DNA of 64,000 nucleotides from Camelus dromedarius. Taxonomy: Eukaryota. Below, piece after piece: positions 53,793 to 64,000 of this stretch. The stretch covers positions 21,020,001-21,084,000 of the forward strand of contig NC_087436.1 in NCBI RefSeq assembly GCF_036321535.1. Direction: 5' to 3'. The notes under the pieces were generated by a model, which saw only the letters and a program-made list of their open reading frames with translations, was not told where the DNA came from and ran no database searches. Made by a program: the position numbers and the translations under genes. Numbering within the stretch: the stretch's first letter is position 1; each line of letters begins with the position of its first letter.

Positions 53793-54989
53793 ATATTTTT
53801 AATAGTTTCCAGACACACCAGAGTAGCATTGCATAATTAAGCTAAACATATATAGTTTCAAATTAACTGAATATTCTGTTATATGAACAAATCTGTATGT
53901 TCATGAGGTATACCCACATTCTACTTTGGTGGATTATACAGACCCACAGTATTTCACTGGCTGGTTAAATTAAATATTTAGGGAGAAAATTAACTCTGTC
54001 AAGCCACTAGAAGATTATTTCTGCTCTGGTAGTCAGTTGCTGCTGCTGCTGTGAATAAAATAGGCATCTGTAACGCTGTAAAAAAAAATCAAAAGAATAA
54101 TTTAAGGATGACAGTCTACTGATTTATATTCCCCTTGAAGCCATTTTTATTAATGCAGTTTGGGATGCATCTGTTTTTTACTGTCATTAGTAAGTTTTTC
54201 TCACTTTCATATTAATTGCATAAGAAAGCACATTAACAATCATTTCACTTATAGGAAACGATTACTCTGCACTGTGGCTACATGGACACCTCTAATACTT
54301 GAAAAATGAGTATGAGGCTAAGTACCTGACACCACACCATGGAGGGCAGTCATCTTCATCTGAAAGCCGTGAAGAGCCACATTCCATTCCGAGTGTTAAA
54401 TAGATTAATTCACAGAAATTGATCCAAGGATCTGTGGTATTTTCTCTGCTACTGTTTCTCTTGACATCTTCCCCTCTGGCTACTACATATTTTTCTACAA
54501 AGGAAGTAATTAGGAAATAGCATATCTAATCAACTCACAGGGAATTGTTGTTGATCGGATATGGAAACTAGGTTCTAAGAAAATAAAAGGGAAGCTGACC
54601 TGCCCACTGGATTTGTGGTACCTGAGACCCACTGACTAGACACAAATTAAAAGCTATTCAAGTTTATCAGGCTCGATGCTAGCGCTTTTCCCAAAAACTG
54701 AGCAGAAGAGAAATGCCGGGGTGATTTTGGAAGCACCGAATTGCAGGATCTGGAATAAGCTGCTTTATCAGGCAGACAGCTAGAAAATCCTATTTGCAAA
54801 ATAGCTCACACTAGCTTCTTTTATGTCCGAAGTGAGACTCAATCTTGGCTAGAAATGCACTCTTGTCAGTGGTAAGGAAGCCGGAATGATGGCTCCCCCC
54901 ACCATCAGAAGCACCATTGCCTGGATGAATGGACCAAGGGAATGCAGTGTCTCATAGGCACAGAGCTGACCCGGTACAGTCACTGTCAG

Positions 54990-56500
54990 CCAGCCCTGAG
55001 GGACAGTCCCGTTGAGCCGCCCGGGGAGGAGAGTTTCCAGACCAACTGGTCCGAGGCAGGCAGCCTAGGGCTGCACGATGGCCGACCAACCCTCCAGGCG
55101 AGAAGGTCAGTAAGATAGCTGCGGTAAAGGCCCCAAGGAGCCGAGGGGAGAGCTCCTGCACCCTCCCAGGTCTCTGGACGCTGGGGCATTTCTGGGCGGC
55201 CCCTCGCGCCAGCAGAGGAGAGATTTGGGAAGGGGAGGGAGCAGAAGGTGGCGGAGCCCGTCTTCCCCCACCCCACCCCCCTCCCCGCCTTTACCTGCCA
55301 CAGCTGAAGCGCAGCCACCGGCTCTTGTCGAGTCCGCTCATCCGCTCCAGAGTGGACAGCGGCCACCGCCGGCACCTGCCGCTGAGCGGGCCACTCTGAG
55401 GACGGGGTACCCTCCAGGCAATCCACCGCCTAGATCCCATGGCTAGGATTTCTCTGCGCTCTGCTGGGACGCCCCGGCAGCTTGTTGCCGCGCTCGGCTA
55501 CCTGCTCCTGAACTACCCCCTGCTACAAGGACAGGTATCCTCGCCTGGGGCTGAGCCCCACCCGGCACTCTACCTGCCCACCTGGGGCTCCCTGGGCCAC
55601 AGAAGCCCCGACGGCCCCAGGCACAGTGTTCTGATCGCCAACCCCGGGCTCCGGGTGCCCGTGGGCCGCTCGCTTTGGGTCGATCCTCTCCGGGACCTGG
55701 TGATTCGAGTGCAGCCGGGAGACCAGTGCGAGGTGACAGTGCTGGACGCCCTGCCGCCGTGCCACGGCGCGCTGTCCCCGCGCCGCTTCCCCTGCGCCTT
55801 CGGGCCCCGCCAGGTCCAGTACACTCACTTTGGCGCCCACAGTCCCCGGCGCGCCCGGGTGCGGCTGCAGCTGCGCTACGACGCCCCGACTTCCACGCTG
55901 GTGCTGCCCTTCACCCTGGCGGTGGAAGTGGTCTTCCCCGAGCTGGAGCTGGTGACGCGCAACTGGCCCTTGGCGGTGGAGAAGCTGCGCGGCTGGAGCC
56001 ACGCCATCGACAGGGGAGTGCTGGACTTTGCCTCCCCGGAGTCTGGGCCCGCGGACACCCGCAGATGCCGGCTCACCCCTCTTCCTCCCGAGGGCGGCCC
56101 CCTGCCGAAGTACGGGCGTTTGGTGGACGCTGTGGGGGCCCCTCTCCCCAGGGGCAAAAGCGTAGACTGTGAGGCTTTTGTCCGGGCTGGGGTGCGCTAT
56201 CAGCACACGGCCACCACGCCCTCGCCCAACCGGGACTACGTGCCCATGGTGGCAGAGCTGCTCAGGCCAGGGGACAGAGGCGCCGAGTCAGGGGAGTTGC
56301 TGCTCCGAGAACACTTCCAGCTGCTGGTGAGCATCCGCGAGGGAGTGGAGAACACTGCGCCCAGGCCGAGCCTCGGGGCCCTGATGATGATGGAAGTCGA
56401 TCAGTTGGTGCTGACAGCCCTGACGCCTGACGCGCTGGCTGCCGAGGACATGGAGTCCGATGCTGATGACCTCATTTTCAACATTCTTAATGCCCCCGCC
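54990..56500 (+). promoter_or_regulatory. FREM3: CpG-rich promoter and 5' region of FREM3
   Basis: Sharp rise in GC and CpG content; GC/GT boxes (gggcgg near 55193, ccccacccc and ccccgcc at 55265-55289) upstream of the ATG; no clear TATA box. Confidence 0.75.
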
Positions 56501-59500
56501 ACCACGCCGGGGCACCTGGGCTACATGGTCAGCACTGATGACCCCCTGGGCCTTCCAGTCTCCTTCTTCACCCAACGGGAGCTGCGGGAACTGAAAATTG
56601 CTTATCAGCCACCTACAGAGAAATTGGATGGGGAGCGTCTTTTCCAGCTGGAGCTGCAGGTGGTCGACGGAGATGGCGCCACCTCAGATCCTTTTGCCTT
56701 CACGGTGGTAGTGAAGTCCATGAACACCCTGGCCCCAATGGCTAACTATACCCGGGGATTACTGCTTTTTGAAGGTCAGTCAAAGTCTCTGTCCAGCGCC
56801 CAAAGCCTTCAGATCAGTGATAAGGATAACCTGGAAGAGGTGAAAGTAGTTGCAGTCAAGGGCTTGAGACATGGGCAGCTAGTGGTGCCTGGGGCACCTG
56901 CCGGGCGCAGGCACTTCACACCAGTGGACCTGGCAGCAGGGCGAGTGGTCTACCAGCATGATGGCAGCGACACCTACAGTGACAACATCATCTTCCACAT
57001 GGAGGATGGGCAACACCAGGTGGAGTTCCTCTTCCCTCTCACAGTCATACCTGTTGATGATGAACCCCCGATGGTCAGTGCCAACACCGGGCTCTCAGTG
57101 ACTGAAGGGCAGGTGGTCCAGATCTCCCCCTTTGTCCTGAGTGCTACAGATATTGACTCTGAGGACTCAACCATCCACTTTGTCCTGGAAGACCATCTTC
57201 TGGACAGAAAAGAAGGAAGAGGGTGGGATCCAGCCCCTGGCTCCTCCCACTCAAGTGAGTGTCTGGGGGAGATGCTGCTGCGGCAGGCTGAACCACCTCT
57301 GTTCCCTGAAGATGAAGATTGGTATTATGTGGAAAAGGAAGGACTTTATGAGAAAGTGGTGACTGAGTGGCTTCAGCGAGACATAAAGGAAGGGAGACTC
57401 TTCTACCGCCATCTTGGACTCCATAGCCCTCAGTCTGTAATGACCCAGATGACTTTCCATGTGCAGGACGACCATGATCCACCCAATCTATCCAACCAAC
57501 ATTTCTTCACCATCAAGATCCAACCAGTGGATCTGCAGAGTCCAGAGCTGTTTCCAGGAACTACCCTAGAAATGACTGTGCAGCAATACAAACTCACTCA
57601 CTTCCAGAAGAAATTCCTCCAATATGTAGACTGGAACTCAGATGACGAGCACCTATGGTACACCGTACTGACGCCCCCAACTGACACAGATAGCAACCAT
57701 CAAGTCCAGGCTGGAGAAATTGTGATCACTGATTCACCAGACACCCCCATCATGCACTTCACCCAGGCCCAGGTAAATCACCACAAAGTTGCCTACCAGC
57801 CCCCCAAGAATAAGTTGGGGATTGTACCACGGGTGGTCCAGTTCACCTACCAGGTGGAGGATGCTGCTGGCAATAGTGTACCCGGAACATTCACATTATT
57901 CCTGAAGCCTGTCGACAACCAGCCTCCCCAAGTCACCAACAGAGGCTTTACTGTCTTAGAAGGAGAAACTTTTATCCTTAGCAGTAATGAGCTGGATGTT
58001 ACAGACTCTGACACAGACATTGACCAGATTGTCTTCATGTTAGTTTGGGGTCCCCAACATGGACACTTGCAGTACTTAAAAAAATGTATGGTCCCAGGGG
58101 AATTTTTCATGCAAGCTGATATTGTTAATGGGAGTATCTCTTACCAGCACAGCGGAGACCAGACCACCAGTGACACCTTTCGTCTGGAGGTAAGCGACGG
58201 GGTGCATCACATACCCATCACTGTCCAGATTTCTGTGCATCCCACTGTGGCTGGCAAAAGTCCCACTATCTCTATTACAGGTAGTCCATTATTAGAAGGT
58301 TCCATAGATGTACTGGAGAATAGAGCCACTGAGATCCCCATGGACATCCTACAAGGCCAGAAGGACACAGGTGACTTGATGCTGTCTTTCATTGTGGAGG
58401 ACAGCCCAAAACTGGGCACTATTCTGTTGAATGGTTTCCCCACAGAACGATTCACCCATGAGGATCTCATCAGTGGGGCAGTAGTCTATGCCCACACAGG
58501 GGGTGAAGTTGGATTCCAGAAGCAGCATGATACCTTCAGCCTTGCCCTCTCCAAGGATTCTTATCAATGGGCAATGGGGGCCAGCACAGTGGAGAGAGTG
58601 CAGGTTCAAGTGCTCGTGCTGCCGGTGGACAGTGTGGCCCCCAAGGTCTTGGTGGGGGAGTCCTACATTGTCTATGAAGGTGAGAAGAGCCCCTTGACCT
58701 TACAACATCTCAGTATTGAAGATGTGGACACTCCCCAGGATAAAATCCTCTGCACGGTGACCAATCAGCCAGCCTCTGGCTACTTGGAAAACATCGCATC
58801 AGCTCCTGACTCAAAAGAGTCACAGGCTGGTATCCCCATCAGTGCTTTTTCCATCAGAGACATCTGGACGAGACATATCAATTACGTACAGAGTATCCAC
58901 AAAGGGATAGAGCCACAGAAAGATCAATTCACCTTTCATTGCTCTGATGGCATCAACTCCTCCCCAAATGTCTTCTTCCCTGTAATGATCTTACCCACCA
59001 ATGACGAGCAGCCTGAACTTCTTGTCCACGAGTTTGTGGTGTTAGAGGGGATGAGTCTGGTCATAGACACCCCACTGCTCAATGGAGCCGATGCTGACTT
59101 GCCACCAAATGAGCTTCACTTTCAGCTCACAGCCCTCCCTCAACATGGACGAATTATCCAGCAGCTGGCCACTGGCAGCCAGCCCATCTACAGCTTCACA
59201 TTGCAGGAGATCCAGGAGGCCTCCACCATTGTGTATGAGCATGATGACTCTGAGACCACAGAGGACAGTTTTGAAGTCTGGCTGAGTGACGGCAAGCACA
59301 CCACCCACAGGAAGGTACCCATTGTGGTGATCCTGGTGGACGATGAAGCCCCTCAGCTGACCATCAACAGTGGGCTGGAAGTAGAGACTGGATGTACTGA
59401 GGTCATCACAGGTCGGGTCCTGAAGGCCACAGATCTTGACTCAGATGATAAAAGCCTCCGTTTTGTCCTCCGTTCTGGGCCTCAACAAGGGCTTCTACAG

Positions 59501-60617
59501 AGACTGAGGAAACCCAGAGGGGAGGTGAAGGACAACCTCACCCTGGGAATGAACTTCACCCAGGATGAGGTTGACCGGGGCCTCATCTGTTACACCCACA
59601 CAGGCCAAGGAGTTCAGGACCTCATCAAGTTTGATGTGACTGATGGGATTAACCCTTTGCTAAACCGCTACTTCTACGTCACCATTGGCAGCTCAGACAG
59701 GGTCTTCCCTGAGATGGTTCAAAAAAGGGTCACCCTGACGGAATGTAGCAGAGTAACCCTCACCATGGATCTGCTTAGCGCCAGTGATATAAATAGCCCT
59801 GATGAACAACTTCACTTCAGCATCTCACAGGCTCCTAGCCTGGGGCACTTGGAAATCTCGGACCACCCTGGGGAGCCCATTTCCTCTTTCACTCAGCTTC
59901 AGTTGGCTGGCAACAAGATACTCTATGTCTGCACTTCCAAGGATAAGATAAAGATAGACAGCTTTGAGTTTCAAGTGACTGATGGGCACAATCCCATGTT
60001 CCGGACCTTCAGGATCTTCATCACGGACGTGGATAATAAGAAACCTATCATGACCGTCCGTAAGCTGGTACTGCGGGAAGGGGAGAGCAAATGGATCACT
60101 CCCTTTGAGTTGACAGCAGAAGATGAGGATACCCCAGACGATCTTCTTCTCTTCACTGTCACCCAGGTCCCCATCCACGGCAGGATTTTGTATAACGGCA
60201 GCCGTCCTGTGGCCACCTTCTCCAAGCGGGACCTGAACGAGAACCTGATTAGCTACTGGCATGATGGCAGTGAGACGACCGAAGACAGTCTGTCCTTGAC
60301 TGTTTCTGACGGCACACATGCTGATTTCTCTGTCTTCCCTGACACTGCCCTGGAGACACGCAGACCTCAGGTAATGAGGATCCACATAAGATCCCTGGAC
60401 AACAGGCTCCCCCAGATTGCTTTTAACAGGGGCGCCCTGGCCTTAAAGCACCTTCACACTGGACATATGGGCTTCCTAATTACCAGCAGTCCTCTGAAGG
60501 CAGAAGATCAGGACAGCTCCCACAGGCTCCTAAAGTATAAAGTGACCAGAGGACCAATGCATGGCTTCATTATCAACACTGGCCTTGGAAATGAGAGCAC
60601 GCGAGTGTTTACACAAG
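55439..60617 (+). CDS. FREM3: FRAS1-related extracellular matrix protein 3, coding exon 1 (signal peptide, N-terminal domain, tandem CSPG/cadherin-like repeats)
   Basis: 1726 uninterrupted codons plus 1 nt, closely matching recalled FREM3 ([23 protein letters not shown]...STRVFTQ); repeated EG...FTQ...Y.HDGS...D.F...DG motifs; donor acacaag/gttagt, phase 1. Confidence 0.97.
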
Positions 60618-61473
60618 GTTAGTACACAACGTGCCCTGGTGCCTCTGTCCCTTTCCTTGAACAGATCAGATCTCTCAGTTATGTAAGGAAATTGTCCTGA
60701 CCCCAGTCCATTAGCAAAAAAATTCTAATTCTATTGAAATACAATGGAACGTGAAATTAACAAACCAAAAAGGTCCATTTTCAGCTATTTAATCAGCATA
60801 CCCATTTAACAGACACCCTCAGACATTTAACAAGACTTGTAGTTATGTCTTAATGCTGTAAAACACAGGTAGAAAGCTTCTACTTCTGAAATATGAAAAG
60901 ATGACATTGATTTTGAAAATATCAGTTTAAGTTTGAATTTTACCTAAAGAACTGCATATTTAGGAATCCCTTGCATAGTTTATCAGTAAGTCTAGGTTTC
61001 TAAAGATAGTGTTTGGTATCCAGATTTTAGACATAAATATTATACTGCATGTTTTATTATACTTTTCAAATGCCGTTTCTGCATCTAAAAAAAAACTTTG
61101 TCTAAGTAGGGGGATATGTTTTAATGATCATTTTTCTTTTATATTTGTCGTTACTACTAATGCTGAACTAGAGGCAGGTCCCTCTGCTTTCCCAGGTGAT
61201 GTGACACCTGGTGTCTTTGGCTTCTCTTCAGGCTTAAAACTTTTTCAGGTAGCTCTGTGTATGAGATGTAAGAGGTACAAGGAATTTTACGCATTCAGTA
61301 CTTATAAAGCTAGATGCAATCTAAGAGTAAAACTTATGAAGGTTGTTTGAAAAAAATAGTTTATTTATGTTTTCAGAATTGCTTCTAAAGCAAATGAAAT
61401 CATGAAGTTCTATAAGAATTATTCTTAGAAATAAATACTCCAAAATGCAAATTGTCTTTAAAATACTAATAAT

Positions 61474-61566
61474 GGGGGGCAGGAATAGCTTAATGGCAGA
61501 GCACGTGCTTAGCATGCACAAGGTTCTGGGTTTGATCCCCAGTACCTCCATTAAAAAAAAAAAAAA
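61474..61566 (+). mobile_element. Camelid tRNA-derived SINE (short form) in FREM3 intron 1
   Basis: gcttagcatgcacaaggttctgggtttgatccccagtacctcc plus A tail; same head as the 27722 element. Confidence 0.85.
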
Positions 61567-62104
61567 TTGACCAATGCAAAAACAATTATAGACCCAAGTG
61601 ACAAATTCTCAAAAATCTAAGAGAATGGGCAATAGAAAAAGATCCTGATTTTATTCTCATTTTCTTTTTCCTTACGATGCAGTAGTTATTCTTTAACTTC
61701 ATTTCAACAAGAGTTAGTGAGTATCCACCATTATTCCAAGCTCTATGCTTGTACAGAAGACCTAAAGCCAGGTGGAATCAGCTGTCTGTAGAGGGCGAGG
61801 GTGAAGCATGCATAGCTAGAAGGTTCTCCTTATTGGCCATCACCTCAGAGATCACACATATGGTAGCCCACAAACAGAATTTTAAAACTATAAAGTTCTA
61901 ATTTTTTTTGCTATTATAACTTTAAGAAAACAGTAGAATCTTATTCACTTCATAATTTTTTTAAAAAAATTAGATCCATGTTCATCTAGTCATTTTTAGA
62001 TTTATTTATTGTAGTATTTTCATGCCCTATGAAAATACCGAGGTTCTTAACACACTCGTTTTCTGTTGTGCCAATGCGATGTGTGGTGCCTGTTTCTTTA
62101 CCAG

Positions 62105-62194
62105 CTGATGTTGATGAGAGGAGGATCTACTACATCTTGCATGAAGGCAGCAAGGCAACAAACGACATCTTCTTCTTCTCTGTTGAAGATAATG
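62105..62194 (+). CDS. FREM3: FREM3 coding exon 2 (90 nt)
   Basis: Acceptor tttctttaccag, donor aatg/gtaagt; phase 1-1 and in frame with exon 1, giving (A)DVDERRIYYILHEGSKATNDIFFFSVEDN(G). Confidence 0.93.
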
Positions 62195-62949
62195 GTAAGT
62201 CAGTATTGAAACCACAAAAGGGAGTCTCGGTTAATTAAAATCAATGTGAAATGGAAGAGTTCTGTCATTTGCATAGTAATCACAATCAGTAATATAATAC
62301 CAACAAATGAGTTGTTTTTATTTGTAGTCTTAATGCCAACTGATCCTCGACAAATCACTTTTTAGGAAAGGAAAGCAATGAAGAATTTCAGTAATGAGAT
62401 ATGAAGTATTTCACCTGGCCTGGATTATGTGTGACATCCTTTAAGCAAGTCAGTCTCCTCTTCAGGAGGTATCTGAGAATCTAGCTAGTAGCTTCTGTCA
62501 CTCGTAAACAAACTTAAAAATGTACTGTTAGATTTTCTTAGGATTTTTAGCTCCAGAACCGAATCTTAGCGGCTCCCCGATCCCAGAATTATAATCTTGG
62601 ATGGAGTAAAAAATGTATTGACTGGCATAGAGGAAAGTTTGCTTTTAAAAATGCCTGTTTATGCTACACCTATGTTTGTTTATTGTGTCTTCAAAGTAGC
62701 ATACTGGGCAGCAACTAGTTAACAGAAGGCACTTTCTTCACAGAGCCAGGGATATGCTGATTATGTGGTCAAAGAAAAATCACTTTGCAGTATGACAGGA
62801 TAATTGCAGAAATTATGTCCATGTACCGCTTGCCACTCCATAACCTCTTTCAGTATAAATCATTACTCATTCTCAGTAAGTAACATGCATTTTCTGCCTA
62901 AATTATGTACGATCAGTCAGGACTGTATTTACTGGAAAACAGCCGTATA

Positions 62950-63125
62950 TGAGAGGCTGTATGATATATTGAGTTTGAATCCCTGGTCTTCTTTGTGATC
63001 CATTTCCCCCATCTATAAAACGGTGGTCTTCATACATCTTTCCAAGGGTGGCTAAGAGAATTAAGTGAGGTAATATATAAAAAAAAAAACACTTGGCTCA
63101 TAGTAGGTGCTCAATAAGAGTTAGT
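62950..63125 (+). mobile_element. MIR SINE
   Basis: gagtttgaatccctgg...ttcccccatctataaaacgg...ggctcatagtaggtgctcaataa. Confidence 0.7.
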
Positions 63126-63469
63126 TGCCTTCTCCCTTTCTGATGAGACTGACTATGGTGGAAACTGGTTCCTCCTTGCCATCTTCTCAAAGTTTCACGG
63201 ATCTTTCCCCAAGTGACTAGAAAGATAAAGATGAATTTAAGCCCTTTAAACTATTCACTAAATCATATGTAAGACTCGAATAGTTTATAAGGACTATTTT
63301 TCTTTCTGTTCTTGAGAAGGATGATGCCCTAAAAAGATAAACATCTGGTTTGGACATGCGCTTTCTGGTACAAATCAAGAGTTTCACTCTGTGCTTTCAC
63401 CAAAAACAAGAGTCAGTCTCTGATGGTAAATAATGTGAACTTTACATAGCAACCATTTTTTTTCAGTAC

Positions 63470-63650
63470 TTTCTATGGGCCAATCACTGCAAAACAAAAG
63501 GTAAATGTTGGGAGGCCCATTTTAAAATGAAGACGCTGGGGCTGAATAACTTGTCTAAAGTCATAGGGGTAATAAGCAGGTGGGCTGGAATTAAACCCAG
63601 ATCTCACAGATTCCAAAGCCAGCACCCTTAACCACTAATGCTAGGCTACC
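63470..63650 (-). mobile_element. MIR SINE
   Basis: cccattttaaaatgaaga...aacttgtctaaagtcata...ctggaattaaacccaga...cttaaccacta. Confidence 0.65.
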
Positions 63651-64000
63651 TCTGTTTTGGGAAGCTGAAATCTTGGGTAGAAATCAGAGAACAGAGCAAA
63701 GACACCAGTGCCTCACCTGGCAAATAAATACCTTGTAAACTAAAGAGGTCAGAATGGTCAAACACAGACTCCAGAACATTTGAACTCATACCTGATCATA
63801 GTTGGACCTTGAAATGTATGCATATTCGTTAGCTAAATAAATATTTGCGCATTCACTTATTCAGTGGGCTTTTTAATTGCCTTCTTCTAAGCACCATGCA
63901 CAGAGCTAAGATCCGTGTCTTTCTGTGATGAGCATTCTTGGAATAGCTTCCAGCTGCTATGAAGGACTTCACATGTTTTTGTATCTGATATTTTCAAGTT

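Noticed and set aside
54660..54775. Two tttatcagg (GATA) motifs upstream of FREM3
   Set aside because: Short, common motifs that cannot support an enhancer call from sequence alone.
1..54900. Glycophorin A exons, expected upstream from recalled synteny
   Set aside because: No GYPA-like transmembrane or cytoplasmic-tail exon was recognisable; the gene is probably outside the window.
55523..60385. Antisense and alternate-frame ORFs inside FREM3 exon 1 (up to 227 aa)
   Set aside because: Expected shadows of a GC-rich coding exon.

Overview
Mammalian genomic DNA, almost certainly camelid: two tRNA-derived vic-1-like SINEs and many artiodactyl-type L1 3' ends point that way. Positions 1 to about 54.9 kb are repeat-rich intergenic sequence. 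They hold L1 fragments (many with readable target-site duplications, TSDs), L2, MIR, MaLR LTRs, hAT and Tigger DNA-transposon relics, three copies of one ERV1-like LTR family, a two-LTR non-autonomous ERV1 provirus (43283-48484) and a minus-strand processed pseudogene of RTRAF/C14orf166. From about 55 kb lie the CpG-rich promoter, the 5.2-kb first coding exon (55439-60617) and the 90-nt second exon (62105-62194) of FREM3, which continues past the window. I found no previously undescribed biological system. The best leads are two Cys substitutions in conserved motifs of one FREM3 CSPG repeat, a strong CTCF motif 15 kb upstream of FREM3, a mosaic ERV with two polypurine tracts, and several clear retrotransposition footprints (nesting, 3' transduction, twin priming). 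Gene and repeat names come from recall of known sequences, not from a search, and repeat boundaries without TSDs are approximate.
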